A DNA stretch of 64,000 nt from a bacterium (GTDB lineage: Bacteria > JAMCPX01). The notes under the pieces are model-generated. The model searched no databases and had not been told where the DNA came from. It worked only from the letters and a program-made list of their open reading frames with translations. Positions 47,662 to 58,277 of the stretch are shown here, in pieces. Where the stretch lies: the NCBI GenBank assembly GCA_037439545.1, contig JBBIVV010000003.1, forward strand, positions 12,906 to 76,905, written 5' to 3'. Position 1 is the first letter of the stretch, and each line of letters starts with the position of its first letter. Position numbers and translations under genes: made by a program.

Positions 47662-49512
47662 ATGTCTTCACATATAACGGAAACAAAAAGCGACATAAAG
47701 TATTATATCGATATACTCTATCAACGCCGGCTGCTTATTGCTGTCGTGTTTGTCGTTACCATGGTCATGATAATAATTGCCTATGCAGTAACGCCTCCGA
47801 TGTATACGGGTAAGACAAAGCTGCTGATAGAGCCGGAGCATTACACAAGCCTCAATACGAACAATACGGATCAAAACCAGCAATCCTTTTATTTTCAAAC
47901 ACAGCTCGAACTTATGAGAAGCGAGCCGGTGATACATCTTGCAGCACAGAGCCTCGGCTTCCAGAAAGGAACAAAAGAGTTTTATGAAACGACCGGAAAA
48001 CTGAGAAAAGACCTCCGTGTTGACCGTATTCAGGATTCAAGGATATTCACCATCTCAATAAAATCTCATAGTCCCGCATTTGCCGCCCGGGCTGCAAATG
48101 CCATAGCCGACAGCTACATAAGATTTTTAGACGAGCAGAGGAAGAAGCGTATAAGCGATATTACACTGTGGCTGCAGGGAGAGCTGACATCACTGAAAAA
48201 TAAGGTCGAAAGCTCGGAGATGAAACTCATAAAATATGTCGAAGATAAGGAGACCAGCAACAGCAGTGATACTTTTATGTTTCTCGGAGGACCTGACAAC
48301 AATACAGGTGCAAAAGCCCTGTCCGAGCTCGAAACGAAGTATATTACGCTCCAGATAGAACTTACGAATATGCTTCAGAAATACAAAGATAAATATCCTT
48401 TAGTCGTTCAGTTACGAAATGATCTGAAAGCACTCAATATAAGAATAAACATGATGAAGCAGGCAATGCTTGAAGCAAATAAAAGCCGGATACAGTATGT
48501 CATGCTGAGCAGGGATGCGGAATTGAGCAAGGATCTCTACAGCATGCTCACCAAGGAATTGAAAGAGGTGGACGTTTTCGGGGAGATCGGTTACCCCACA
48601 GCAACAATCCTAGAACATGCCGGTATACCGACCGGCAGATCGGACCAGGGATTTATGTTCTGGCTGTTGTTCGGCTTAATAGCGTCGACACTGACCGGCG
48701 TCGTGTCTGCAATGATTGCCGATCAATTGGACAATAGTATCAAAGGAGAAACGGACATAGAGCGGTTTGTGAAGTATCCTATTATTGGTGCACTGCCGTT
48801 TCTTGAAGAGCTCAAAAACAGCGAACCTCATAAGCTTTTAGGCTTGCTGAACAGCACGACATCCCAGATTTATGCCGAGGCATTGAGACTTATCAGGACA
48901 AACCTTAAGTATTCTTTTGTCACGAAATCAGGCAGGGTATTGTTGGTCACCTCGACCGGAGAAAATGAAGGGAAAACAACCATGTCGACGAGTCTTGCGT
49001 ATATACTGTCCATTACAGGGTCAAAGGTCCTGCTCCTCGATGCCGATGTCAAGAAACCGACGATACATAAGCTGTTCGACACCGAACGTATACCCGGGTA
49101 TACAGAGCTGCTGATAGAAGAAAAAAATTCTATTATGGATGTAATCAAACAGAGCAGTTATAGTTCGCTTTATTATCTTACCTCCGGCAGACAACCGCCC
49201 AACTTTGCTGAGCTGCTCGACTCTCCGCGATCGAAGGAATTCATAGAGATGCTGAGGAGCAATTTCGATTATGTTATAATAGATTCACCTCCGGTCGGTA
49301 TCGTTTCTGATGCCGCTATACTGTCATCACAGGTCGATGGTATACTCTTTGTCATTAAGGCCAACGGATATCCGAGGGAGCACATTATGAGGAGCATTAA
49401 AGCCTTGTCCGGGATCAATGCGAAGATAGCAGGTATCGTCTTGACGCATCTTGATAAGGGTAAGGGGTATTACAGAGATTATTACTACAGCAAAGGTTAT
49501 TATCATGAATGA
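47662..49512 (+). CDS. polysaccharide co-polymerase / tyrosine autokinase (Wzc/GumC type)
   Basis: N-terminal Wzz chain-length domain with coiled coil, a second TM, and a P-loop kinase (VTSTGENEGKTT, LLDADVKKP, VIIDSPPVG). The C-terminal Tyr cluster is GKGYYRDYYYSKGYYHE. Confidence 0.88.
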   Translation: MSSHITETKSDIKYYIDILYQRRLLIAVVFVVTMVMIIIAYAVTPPMYTGKTKLLIEPEHYTSLNTNNTDQNQQSFYFQTQLELMRSEPVIHLAAQSLGFQKGTKEFYETTGKLRKDLRVDRIQDSRIFTISIKSHSPAFAARAANAIADSYIRFLDEQRKKRISDITLWLQGELTSLKNKVESSEMKLIKYVEDKETSNSSDTFMFLGGPDNNTGAKALSELETKYITLQIELTNMLQKYKDKYPLVVQLRNDLKALNIRINMMKQAMLEANKSRIQYVMLSRDAELSKDLYSMLTKELKEVDVFGEIGYPTATILEHAGIPTGRSDQGFMFWLLFGLIASTLTGVVSAMIADQLDNSIKGETDIERFVKYPIIGALPFLEELKNSEPHKLLGLLNSTTSQIYAEALRLIRTNLKYSFVTKSGRVLLVTSTGENEGKTTMSTSLAYILSITGSKVLLLDADVKKPTIHKLFDTERIPGYTELLIEEKNSIMDVIKQSSYSSLYYLTSGRQPPNFAELLDSPRSKEFIEMLRSNFDYVIIDSPPVGIVSDAAILSSQVDGILFVIKANGYPREHIMRSIKALSGINAKIAGIVLTHLDKGKGYYRDYYYSKGYYHE

Positions 49513-49570
49513 CGAACCCAAAAAATGCGTATGCAAAACGGAAAAGTGTGCGTAAAGCGGTTCTTCAGGC

Positions 49571-50761
49571 TTACTCAAATATGATTCTTATCTGCTTCCT
49601 TCTGCCTGCCTGTAGTATATAACTGCCCTTTGCATCTATTTTAGAGAATATGTTGTTCACGGCTGCGTTATTTATGGTAACGCCGCCTCCCTGGATAAGA
49701 CGTTTCGCTTCTGATTTACTCGGGACAAGAGCGGCATCTACAAGGAGCTGATAGACAAAAGCAGGCCCGGTGGTCGAGCTGAGCTTAAGCTCTTCAAGTT
49801 TATCGGGTACTTCTTTTTTTGAAAACACTTTTTCGAACACTTCTTGTGCATGATGTGCGTCGGCTTCTGAGTAAAACTTTTTGCAGATCATGAAAGCAAG
49901 CCGCTTCTTTATCTCCATGGGATTTGTCTCCCTTTGTCGTGTGTGTGCTTTTAATGTATTTATATCGTCCCGGGACATCTCCGTCAGGAGTTCATAGTAA
50001 GTCCACATAAGTTCATCACTGATACTCATGATCTTTCCGAATATCATATCAACCGGTTCGTCAATGCCTATATAATTTCCATAGGACTTGCTCATCTTTT
50101 TGATACCGTCGAGTCCGGGCAGCAGGGGCATGGTAAGGACCACCTGGGCAGGCTGGTTGTAAGCCTCTTGGAGGACCCTCCCGACAAGTAGGTTAAACTT
50201 CTGGTCCGAGCCTCCGATCTCAACGTCCGCGTGAAGCATAACAGAGTCATAACCCTGCATCAGGGGGTAGAGCAGCTCATGGATGCCGATAGGCTTTTTT
50301 TCTGAATACCGTTTCGTAAAATCGTCTCTTTCAAGCAGTCTTGCAACGGTATATTTCGATGCAATTCTTATCAATTCCATCATATCGAGCTTTAAAAACC
50401 ATTCGGAATTATAATGTACTTCTGTCTTTGACGGATCAAGGATCTTAAAGGCCTGTTTCATGTATGTCTGTGCATTTTCATGGACCTGTTCCTGAGAGAG
50501 CTGGGGCCTTGTCACGGACACGCCCGTAGGATCACCTATCATTGCCGTAAAATCACCGATAAGAAAAATAACGGTGTGTCCCGCAATCTGGAAATGTCTT
50601 AATTTCTCCATCAATACCGTGTGCCCGAGATGGATATCCGCTGAAGTCGGATCAAACCCTGCTTTTACTCTGAGAGGTTTTTTTGATGCAATCCGCTTCT
50701 TTAATTCTTCTTTTTGAATTATCTCGACAGCGCCTTTTTCTATAAGGGATAATGGTTCCAT
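49571..50761 (-). CDS. tyrS: tyrosine--tRNA ligase
   Basis: HIGH motif DIHLGH, KMSKS motif present, C-terminal S4-like domain. The length is 396 aa. Confidence 0.93.
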   Translation of the reverse strand: MEPLSLIEKGAVEIIQKEELKKRIASKKPLRVKAGFDPTSADIHLGHTVLMEKLRHFQIAGHTVIFLIGDFTAMIGDPTGVSVTRPQLSQEQVHENAQTYMKQAFKILDPSKTEVHYNSEWFLKLDMMELIRIASKYTVARLLERDDFTKRYSEKKPIGIHELLYPLMQGYDSVMLHADVEIGGSDQKFNLLVGRVLQEAYNQPAQVVLTMPLLPGLDGIKKMSKSYGNYIGIDEPVDMIFGKIMSISDELMWTYYELLTEMSRDDINTLKAHTRQRETNPMEIKKRLAFMICKKFYSEADAHHAQEVFEKVFSKKEVPDKLEELKLSSTTGPAFVYQLLVDAALVPSKSEAKRLIQGGGVTINNAAVNNIFSKIDAKGSYILQAGRRKQIRIIFE

Positions 50762-50802
50762 AGTTATTTTTTATATATGCGGTTTTCTGTCATAAGATAT
50801 GA

Positions 50803-50831
50803 AAAAGGACGGTCACCATGACCGTCCTTTT
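50803..50831 (-). terminator. rho-independent terminator after the ferredoxin gene
   Basis: AAAGGACGGTCA-cca-TGACCGTCCTTT forms a 12-bp stem, followed on the minus strand by TTTTTC. Confidence 0.7.
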
Positions 50832-50836
50832 ATTGT

Positions 50837-51052
<216 letters not shown>

Positions 51053-51067
51053 TTAATATTTTAAACA

Positions 51068-52165
51068 TCATTTTTTTAACATCTCTGCATATTCATGGTC
51101 AACTATATTAAACATAGTATTGTTTTTTATGGATGACAATAGGTCAGGCTTTTTATACAACTCCATTGCAGTCAATGCAAGTAACAGAGAACCTGTTGCG
51201 AGGGCCCTGTATGCTTCAGGAGTGTCCGCCTGTTTTTTGAATGCCTCCGAATGTGCGGGGCAGGTAGTATCCGTTATAGCAAGAGTCGGATGCAATGTCG
51301 GAATAACCGCGCTTACATTGCCTATATCGGAGGATCCCATTTCATTGTCTGTAAAAAAGTTGTCTATTTTCACGTGCAGCTTTTTTAACTGCAGGGCAAA
51401 CAGTTTTGCACATGCAAGGTGAGGACGCAGAGGGTAATAAACATTGCCTATAGAATGAATCTCATAATCAAGGCCAAATGCCTTTGCCGTCCCTTTTACC
51501 ATAGTGATGAACCGTTTGAGCAGTTTATGATGCGACTCGATCTGTTTCGACCTCAGAAAAAACTCTGCATGAGCCGCGTCAGGAATGATATTGGCCGCAG
51601 TGCCTCCTTGTTTTATGATACCGTTTATTTTATCTCCATCATTCATGGTAATTCTGTTTATATCTATTGTCTGGAAGAGTGACTGCAAGCCCGTAAGGGC
51701 ATTCTTACCTTTCCACGGTGTTGCGGATGCATGGGAAGAAATACCCCTGAAGGTAACGCCGAGTCTTTGGAGTGACAACGACAACTTTACGATCTCCGTT
51801 TTATCCGCAGGATGAATCATGAAAGCAGCATCGATATTCCCGAAAATGCCCTTTTTCACCAGCACTGCTTTCCCACCGATTGTTTCCTCAGCCGGACAAC
51901 CTATAACATGTATCGTTCCGCCTTTTGATTTCAGCATGGATGCAATTCCTATTGCGGATAGTACCGACATGCCTGCAATCAAATGGTGACCGCATGCATG
52001 CCCCATGCCTTCCAGGGCATCGTATTCAGCGAGCAATGCAATGTGCGGTTTGCCTGCACCATAGGCTGCGGTGAAGGCAGTAGGCATGCCGCGGACATCT
52101 CTTATAGAGAAGCCGTGTTTTTTGAGCAGCGTGCAGAGCCTGGCTTTTGCCTTGAATTCGTGCAA
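51068..52165 (-). CDS. M20D-family amidohydrolase (AbgB-like); true start probably upstream of 52165
   Basis: AEYDALEGMGHACGHHL, GCPAEETIGGK, MIHP. The listed start is a TTG. The frame stays open to the frr stop and encodes a conserved N-terminal segment (see finding). Confidence 0.8.
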   Translation of the reverse strand: MHEFKAKARLCTLLKKHGFSIRDVRGMPTAFTAAYGAGKPHIALLAEYDALEGMGHACGHHLIAGMSVLSAIGIASMLKSKGGTIHVIGCPAEETIGGKAVLVKKGIFGNIDAAFMIHPADKTEIVKLSLSLQRLGVTFRGISSHASATPWKGKNALTGLQSLFQTIDINRITMNDGDKINGIIKQGGTAANIIPDAAHAEFFLRSKQIESHHKLLKRFITMVKGTAKAFGLDYEIHSIGNVYYPLRPHLACAKLFALQLKKLHVKIDNFFTDNEMGSSDIGNVSAVIPTLHPTLAITDTTCPAHSEAFKKQADTPEAYRALATGSLLLALTAMELYKKPDLLSSIKNNTMFNIVDHEYAEMLKK

Positions 52166-52258
52166 GCCGGTTTCAGGATTTCGATATAAGTATTTCGCAG
52201 TATCTCTTACTTCAGGATAGGCTCGATGCAGAGCTTTTGAAAGCGGTGAGGTTGATAT

Positions 52259-52816
52259 TTAAACCTCCATAATTTCTTTATCTTTCTTTTGGACAAGCTC
52301 ATCAATCTTTTTTATATATTCATCGGTGACCGTTTGGATCTTTTTCTGAAGCGTTTTGGAGTCATCTTCGCTGATCTGCTTGTCTTTTTCCGTCTTCTTG
52401 AGCTCGTCATTCGATGTCCTTCTGATGTTTCTGACTTCTACCCGTGCTTCCTCTGACATCTTTCCGATTACCCTGGTGAGTTCCTTCCGCCTTTCCTCTG
52501 TCAGAGGCGGTATCGATATGCGGACAACCTTCCCATCGTTTATTGGAGTCAAGCCAAGCTCTGACGCAAGTATTGCTTTTTCGATTGCCTGGATTGCCTT
52601 GATGTCCCATGGTTGTATCACTATTTGTTTCGGATCGGACGCTGAAACAGACGATATCTGGTTCAAAGGAGTAAGGGTGCCGTAGTAATCCACTTTTATA
52701 ATATCGAGAATCGAAACAGATGCCCTGCCTGTTCTCAGCTTAGAAAGCTCGCCTTTGAATGCGGTAATGGCTTTTTCCATCTTTTCCTTTGCAGTGTGCA
52801 GTACGGTTTCATTCAT
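52259..52816 (-). CDS. frr: ribosome recycling factor
   Basis: 185 aa. ...KLRTGRASVSILD.IKVDYYG..TPLNQ...ISIPPLTEERRKEL. Confidence 0.95.
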   Translation of the reverse strand: MNETVLHTAKEKMEKAITAFKGELSKLRTGRASVSILDIIKVDYYGTLTPLNQISSVSASDPKQIVIQPWDIKAIQAIEKAILASELGLTPINDGKVVRISIPPLTEERRKELTRVIGKMSEEARVEVRNIRRTSNDELKKTEKDKQISEDDSKTLQKKIQTVTDEYIKKIDELVQKKDKEIMEV

Positions 52817-52821
52817 CTCCT

Positions 52822-53544
52822 CTACCTCCCCGTAATAAGTGTCCCAACTTTTTTACCCATTACTATGCTTTTTATGTTGTCCTTGATGTTGATGTCAAAA
52901 ACGATTATCGGAAAGTTGTTGTCCATACTCAGCGATATGGCTGTAGAATCCATAACCTTCAAGCCCCGTTTCAGGACATCAATGTATTTTAACTGATCGA
53001 ACTTTACGGCGGATTTTACAAGGTTCGGGTCAGCATCGTACACGCCGTCCACTTTGGTTGCCTTCATCAGTATCTCTGCTTTTATTTCTATTGCCCTTAA
53101 CGCAGCAGCCGTATCTGTCGTAAAATACGGATTTCCCGTACCGCCTGCAAATATTACAACTCTGCCTTTCTCAAGGTGCCTTATTGCTCTTCTTCTTATG
53201 TAGGGCTCTGCAATCTCATGCATTTCTATGGCACTCTGGACCCTTGTTTGTATGTCGTTATGCTCGAGCACATCCTGCAGAGCAATCGCATTGATCGTCG
53301 TCGACAGCATACCCATATAATCGGCGGTTGCCCTGTCTATGCCGATGTCATGGGATAAATTATCACCCCTGATAAGATTGCCTCCGCCTATGACCATGGC
53401 GACCTGAACTCCGAGTCCTATTATCTCCTTGATCTGATCTGCGATGTCCCGCAGCGTGGTCGATGAAAAACCGCTTCCCCTGTCTCCGCCGAGTATCTCA
53501 CCGCTGAGCTTTAAAAGTATTCTTTTATACTTAAGGTTGGCCAT
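52822..53544 (-). CDS. pyrH: UMP kinase
   Basis: [11 protein letters not shown]..., [31 protein letters not shown]. Confidence 0.95.
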   Translation of the reverse strand: MANLKYKRILLKLSGEILGGDRGSGFSSTTLRDIADQIKEIIGLGVQVAMVIGGGNLIRGDNLSHDIGIDRATADYMGMLSTTINAIALQDVLEHNDIQTRVQSAIEMHEIAEPYIRRRAIRHLEKGRVVIFAGGTGNPYFTTDTAAALRAIEIKAEILMKATKVDGVYDADPNLVKSAVKFDQLKYIDVLKRGLKVMDSTAISLSMDNNFPIIVFDINIKDNIKSIVMGKKVGTLITGR

Positions 53545-53555
53545 TGCTCGCTTTG

Positions 53556-54161
53556 TTATTTTGCTGTCTCTCCAAGCTGGTATCTGGCAAATCTCCTTAT
53601 AATGATGTTTTCTCCCACCTTTGCGATAAGCGACTTCAGCAAGTCACCGATGATGATATTGGGGTCGCGTATATAACTCTGCTCTACCAGGCAGGTCTCT
53701 TTATAAAATTTTTCAAGTTTTCCCTGCACCATCTTTTCTATGACGGCAGGCGGCTTTCCCGATGCCTTCGACTGTTCTGCGTATATCTCTTTTTCCTTTT
53801 GAAGCACGTCGGCAGGCACCGATTCCCTGCCTATGTACAGGGGATTTGCCGCTGCTATCTGCATTGCAATGTCTTTTGCAAAATTCTTGAAGTCCTGAGT
53901 TCTGCCGACGAAATCAGTTTCGCAGTTGATCTCGACCATCACGCCTATCTTGTTGCCGGCATGTATGTATGATTCAATAACACCCTCAATAGCGCTCCTC
54001 CCGATCTTCTTCGATGCAGAGGCAATACCTTTTTTTCTGAGGATATCGACTGCTTTGTCGAAATCATTGTTCGCTTCTACGAGAGCGCCCTTGCACTCCA
54101 TTATACCTGCCCCGGTTTTTTCCCGCAGGGTCTTCACCATTTCAGCAGTTATTTCTGCCAT
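53556..54161 (-). CDS. tsf: translation elongation factor Ts (short form)
   Basis: [45 protein letters not shown] is the canonical EF-Ts N-terminal UBA-like domain. Confidence 0.95.
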   Translation of the reverse strand: MAEITAEMVKTLREKTGAGIMECKGALVEANNDFDKAVDILRKKGIASASKKIGRSAIEGVIESYIHAGNKIGVMVEINCETDFVGRTQDFKNFAKDIAMQIAAANPLYIGRESVPADVLQKEKEIYAEQSKASGKPPAVIEKMVQGKLEKFYKETCLVEQSYIRDPNIIIGDLLKSLIAKVGENIIIRRFARYQLGETAK

Positions 54162-54179
54162 CTCATTTCACTCCTTTCG

Positions 54180-55001
54180 TTATTCGAATTTGTCCGGGAC
54201 ATCGAGCTGTTTGTCGTCCCCTGTCTCTTCCGTTGCCGTTCCTTCCGGTCCAGCTGCATCCGCGTTTACCGGTGCAGATGCGTCCGGTGCTTCTTCTGCG
54301 GCCGGCGACTGCTCGCCCCTGATCTTCGAACCTTCGAGACAGGCATCAGCTATTTTCGAAGTTAACAGCTTAATGGCCCTTATCGCATCGTCGTTCGCCG
54401 GTATCGGGTACTGGATGAGTTCCGGATTACAGTTTGTGTCCACGATACCTACGATAGGTATACCGAGTTTGTTCGCTTCTTTCACGGTGATGAGCTCGTG
54501 GTTTGTATCGACGATAAAAAGCATGTCTGGCAGCTTCTTCATATTTCTTACGCCGCCCAGATACTTGATAAGTTTTTCCTTTTCCTTGGTGAGCTGCATC
54601 TGCTCTTTCTTTGTAATCTTCTCGAACGTGCCGTCTGTTTCCATCTTTTCAATGGACTCGAGTCTCGAGAGGTTGCTCCTTATAGTTTTGAAGTTCGTCA
54701 GCATGCCGCCAAGCCAGCGTATATTGACATAGAACATGCCCGCTCTTTCAGCCTCTTCTTTGATTGATTCCTGCGCCTGTTTCTTGGTGCCGACAAACAG
54801 GACATGTCCCCTTGAGCCAACCGTGTTGACAACTGCGTCATAAGCCACTTTCAGTGATTCGAGGGTCTTCTGCAGATCTATGATATAGATCTTGTTCCTC
54901 GCTTCAAAAATGAACGGCTTCATTTTTGGGTCCCACCTGTTCGTCTGGTGTCCGAAGTGCACTCCTGCTTCAAGCAGGTCTTTCATTGTTACGTCAAACA
55001 T
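54180..55001 (-). CDS. rpsB: 30S ribosomal protein S2
   Basis: Trimmed to ATG 55001 with an [31 protein letters not shown]... The C-terminal tail is acidic. Confidence 0.95.
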   Translation of the reverse strand: MFDVTMKDLLEAGVHFGHQTNRWDPKMKPFIFEARNKIYIIDLQKTLESLKVAYDAVVNTVGSRGHVLFVGTKKQAQESIKEEAERAGMFYVNIRWLGGMLTNFKTIRSNLSRLESIEKMETDGTFEKITKKEQMQLTKEKEKLIKYLGGVRNMKKLPDMLFIVDTNHELITVKEANKLGIPIVGIVDTNCNPELIQYPIPANDDAIRAIKLLTSKIADACLEGSKIRGEQSPAAEEAPDASAPVNADAAGPEGTATEETGDDKQLDVPDKFE

Positions 55002-55099
55002 TCTAACCTCCTGGTTTTGTTCTTCCACCTGCAGTGTGCTCGGTTTCAGGACTCCTGAGAGCACCCCTGAACCAATATGCAGATGTGTTTTTTAATTTA

Positions 55100-55125
55100 T
55101 AGGGGCACAGCGAACTGTGCCCCTA
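55100..55125. terminator. GC-rich hairpin between acylase gene and rpsB (terminator-like)
   Basis: TAGGGGCACAG-cgaa-CTGTGCCCCTA forms an 11-bp stem. T-rich sequence flanks it on the plus strand, and the minus-strand T-tract is only weak. Confidence 0.5.
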
Positions 55126-55177
55126 TTCTTGTTACACAAAACAATCTACTATTCAAATAATTGTTAAGTCAAGCAGA

Positions 55178-58162
55178 TCAAGGCTGGAATATGACCCTTG
55201 ATTCTGCGTTTTGCAGTATGTCCTTCGGATAGAACCATTGCGGATGGACCTTGTTATTTACCCACAGGTTGACCTGGTCAGCGTAATGTTTCGGCGGGTT
55301 CGCAAGATCAGGTCCCATACCAGACTCTCCGCCCGGCAGGACGTTATATCCCACTATCGCACCTGGTTTCATCTCGACCGAGAACCGTATTGCAGGTCCG
55401 CCACCGTAGGTATAGTCCGTGTGAAATGGCATTGCACCATTGCCCATCTCAAACCCGAATGTTCCCGGGTCCACCGAGAACATGCTCCCGGGTCTTGGAT
55501 AGCCCTGATTGTTATTGGCCGGATCAGCAAGATCGAATTCGTGATCTCCGGTAAGACTGATCAGATCGGAAAAGGTCAGGGTGTGCAGTTTGCCCCATTG
55601 CCATTGTGTCATATCGGTTGTTCCAAAGCTCGTCGGCGTTCCTTTACCGGTGGAAGCCATTGAGAGATCATCGATGCCCTGTGCAAGACTTTGTATCATG
55701 ACCTGGTCAAGGGTCCTTGGACTGAAGGTATAGCCGGATGAAGTCGGAACAAGGGCATCAAGGAGCGTGCTCTGCTGGGTCGAGAGTGAGTATGTCGCGC
55801 ACTGTGTCGGGTGCTCCAGCATGGTGACCAGGGTATTGATGATAATCATGTCGTTAATTGATCGGTCCTGACCTAAGGCCTGCATCTTGTCATAAAAGAT
55901 AGTGTAAAACAGTCTTTGGACAAAGCCCTCGAATATGGATGTTGCAATGCTGTTATTGACGTCATCGGTCGTTGCCGACGGAGACATGCCCGTAGGCGTG
56001 TCATAAGGATGAGTACTCGTTGTCCATGCATTCAAATAGGTCATGGCGGTCGCGGTCGGTGAATTTGCGGGGATGGTGCCTTTCAGATCTGTATATGCTT
56101 TTTGCAGGAATGGCAGTATGTCCAATGCGTAGGTATCTGTATGATCAGCTTGAATAACGTTCTGGACATACGCGAGATCAATAGTCCCTTTGCCTGCTGC
56201 TTCGATGTCCTTGTCTATCTGGTGCGCTCTGTATCCGGGGTCATAAAATCCACCAAGGTAATAGGGGTTGTTCATCGGTTCGTTATTATACGTAACACCC
56301 ACAGGGTCTTCGTTTGCTGTTGCTATATAGCCCTGTGCAGGGTTTTCAACAAATGGGACCGCTGATGCAGGCACCCAGCCTGTCCAGTATACATTGGGAT
56401 CATAACCAGGCAGCATTAGATAAGGCGGATAGGTAAAATCGCTGAAAGGCAGTCCACTCGGCAGTGCGTTTTGCGTATAAAGCTGTGTGTCTGGCCCTCT
56501 TGTCGGAATCGCACTCTGGTCCGTTAAATATATATTTCCCTTTATATCGGCATAAACAAAGTTCTGTGAGCCGACTTTGAAATAACTCTGAGCTGTTATA
56601 AATTCGGCAAGGTTCTGTGCCTGGTCTATTCCGTAAAATGCCTGCAGTTCGTCTGACGGTACCATGCCTGTCCATGTGAATGCTTCCAATGCTGTCGATC
56701 CCCCAGGCGTGTAACTGCCAGGGTATACGGGCATGGTTCCATGTCCGGGTATGGTTACATAATATGCGTTAATTGTCGTTGGCGATAATCCCTTGCCCAA
56801 CACACCGCCATAATTAAAAGTCATAGGGACAGGTTGTATGGGTATGGCTGTTCCATTATAGTTTGCGGTATCAGGATTACCCGTAGTTACGGTAAATTGA
56901 TAAACGTCTATAACATCCGATGGAAATACGGTGTCACCCCATGCAATAGAATCATTATGTCCTATGACGACACCAGGTGCACCCGGAAATACGACACCTA
57001 TGGTATTAATGTTGCCATTACCGACAGCCGTTGTATTGACATGTATCTCATACCAAATAGGCGGATTGTAAAGCGGGAGGTGCGTATCGTTTGCAAGGAT
57101 TGCATATCCGTCTTTGGTAAGGGAAGGACCGATTACCCAGTTGTTGCTGCCTACCTGGCCCTTCTCTCGGGGCTTATACAAGAAACCGAAAGGCCCATTC
57201 CGTAAGGAATTGTAAAAGTCCTCTGCGCCCTGCAGGGCTGTCTGATTTATCTGCATGGGATGTACAGAGGCATTGTTTTTAGTCCCGGGAACGGACATAA
57301 GGTTTAGGTTTTTGTAGGATAATACCGAGAATGTGGTAGAGGTCGCATATGAAAACGGGTTCGGCAATGGAACAGCAGGAGCCTTTGCCGCAGGCTCTGA
57401 GCGTGCGAAATCATACGTAAGCCCTGAAAAATGTTTCAAACCAGGATCAGAAGAAGTTGAGGTGAAAATCGTAGACCCTGCATTAAAGTAATGCGTTGCG
57501 TGTACCTTGGTCCCCTCGTCCTCCATCGTAAGACTGTAGGATTCAAATTTACCGAAAGCAATGAGGTCTTCGGGTGTGAACGGCTTTATATCGGAAATGG
57601 TGATACCCATGAGAGGACTCGAATATTCGGCAGGCAGCACCTTTGCATTCGGATTTGCCTGTATCTGCTGTGCAAGCTGACTCAGATAAAAATTGATGCC
57701 ATTGCAGAATGCTTGAAGTATGCCCTGCAGGTCAGGGGGGGTTTGTGCATATACAATTTGAGCAATCGAATAAAAACCCATCATCCTTGAATGTATGTCC
57801 TCGTTTAATGCCTGGTTGCCGAAGTATTCTGTCAAGGTGCCGTCGGCAATATGTCTGAACATGTCCATTTCAAAGAGCCTGTCCGACGCCTCTGCATAAC
57901 CCTGCGCAAACGCGACATCGGTAATTGTCTTACCGTATATATGTGGTATGCCGTAGGTGTCCCTGATTATTTCGACCGGGGATTGAATGGATCCTTTTGA
58001 TGTCTGAATAGTCTGGTTTACCGCCAAACCTGTAAAAGGATCATTCGGACCTATTGATACACCCGAACTGGAACTGCTGGAGCATGTGGTGAATTGCAGC
58101 ACTGATAAGACTAACACTGTTAGTCCCGCGATAGAGAGCCATGAGCGTGTTTTTAACGACAT
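55178..58162 (-). CDS. penicillin/AHL-acylase-family Ntn hydrolase, lipoprotein-type, long form (paralogue 1)
   Basis: Signal peptide plus Cys (LSVLQFTTC). Alpha-subunit motifs IIRDTYGIPHIYG and AQGYAEASDRLFEMD. The autoproteolytic site is G/SNNW with Ser339 (codon 57146-57148). The length is 994 aa. Confidence 0.85.
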   Translation of the reverse strand: MSLKTRSWLSIAGLTVLVLSVLQFTTCSSSSSSGVSIGPNDPFTGLAVNQTIQTSKGSIQSPVEIIRDTYGIPHIYGKTITDVAFAQGYAEASDRLFEMDMFRHIADGTLTEYFGNQALNEDIHSRMMGFYSIAQIVYAQTPPDLQGILQAFCNGINFYLSQLAQQIQANPNAKVLPAEYSSPLMGITISDIKPFTPEDLIAFGKFESYSLTMEDEGTKVHATHYFNAGSTIFTSTSSDPGLKHFSGLTYDFARSEPAAKAPAVPLPNPFSYATSTTFSVLSYKNLNLMSVPGTKNNASVHPMQINQTALQGAEDFYNSLRNGPFGFLYKPREKGQVGSNNWVIGPSLTKDGYAILANDTHLPLYNPPIWYEIHVNTTAVGNGNINTIGVVFPGAPGVVIGHNDSIAWGDTVFPSDVIDVYQFTVTTGNPDTANYNGTAIPIQPVPMTFNYGGVLGKGLSPTTINAYYVTIPGHGTMPVYPGSYTPGGSTALEAFTWTGMVPSDELQAFYGIDQAQNLAEFITAQSYFKVGSQNFVYADIKGNIYLTDQSAIPTRGPDTQLYTQNALPSGLPFSDFTYPPYLMLPGYDPNVYWTGWVPASAVPFVENPAQGYIATANEDPVGVTYNNEPMNNPYYLGGFYDPGYRAHQIDKDIEAAGKGTIDLAYVQNVIQADHTDTYALDILPFLQKAYTDLKGTIPANSPTATAMTYLNAWTTSTHPYDTPTGMSPSATTDDVNNSIATSIFEGFVQRLFYTIFYDKMQALGQDRSINDMIIINTLVTMLEHPTQCATYSLSTQQSTLLDALVPTSSGYTFSPRTLDQVMIQSLAQGIDDLSMASTGKGTPTSFGTTDMTQWQWGKLHTLTFSDLISLTGDHEFDLADPANNNQGYPRPGSMFSVDPGTFGFEMGNGAMPFHTDYTYGGGPAIRFSVEMKPGAIVGYNVLPGGESGMGPDLANPPKHYADQVNLWVNNKVHPQWFYPKDILQNAESRVIFQP

Positions 58163-58238
58163 TTTTCCTCCTTCAGTAAAGTTACCAATAGGTATTATAA
58201 TATATCAGTCACGAAAGCAAGAAAAAATTGTAAGTGAA

Positions 58239-58268
58239 AAAGGGCGTGGTTGAAAAACCGCGCCCTTT
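58239..58268. terminator. bidirectional-looking terminator hairpin downstream of acylase paralogue 2
   Basis: AAAGGGCGTGG-ttgaaaaa-CCGCGCCCTTT, with T-runs following on both strands. Confidence 0.6.
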
Positions 58269-58277
58269 TGAACGGGT

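Noticed and set aside
50762-50836. A T-box or other leader upstream of tyrS.
   Set aside because: Only ~75 nt are available, and most of it is the ferredoxin terminator hairpin. That is far too short for a T-box.
53926-54732. A 268-aa ORF on the plus strand spanning tsf/rpsB. Similar long antisense ORFs occur at 9865..10533, 19594..20340, 47076..47696, 62129..62683 and 37607..38089.
   Set aside because: Each lies exactly antisense to a gene with strong family motifs. Their translations are low-complexity (Ser/Pro/Ile/Phe-rich) with no recognisable motif, start context or RBS. They look like typical shadow ORFs.
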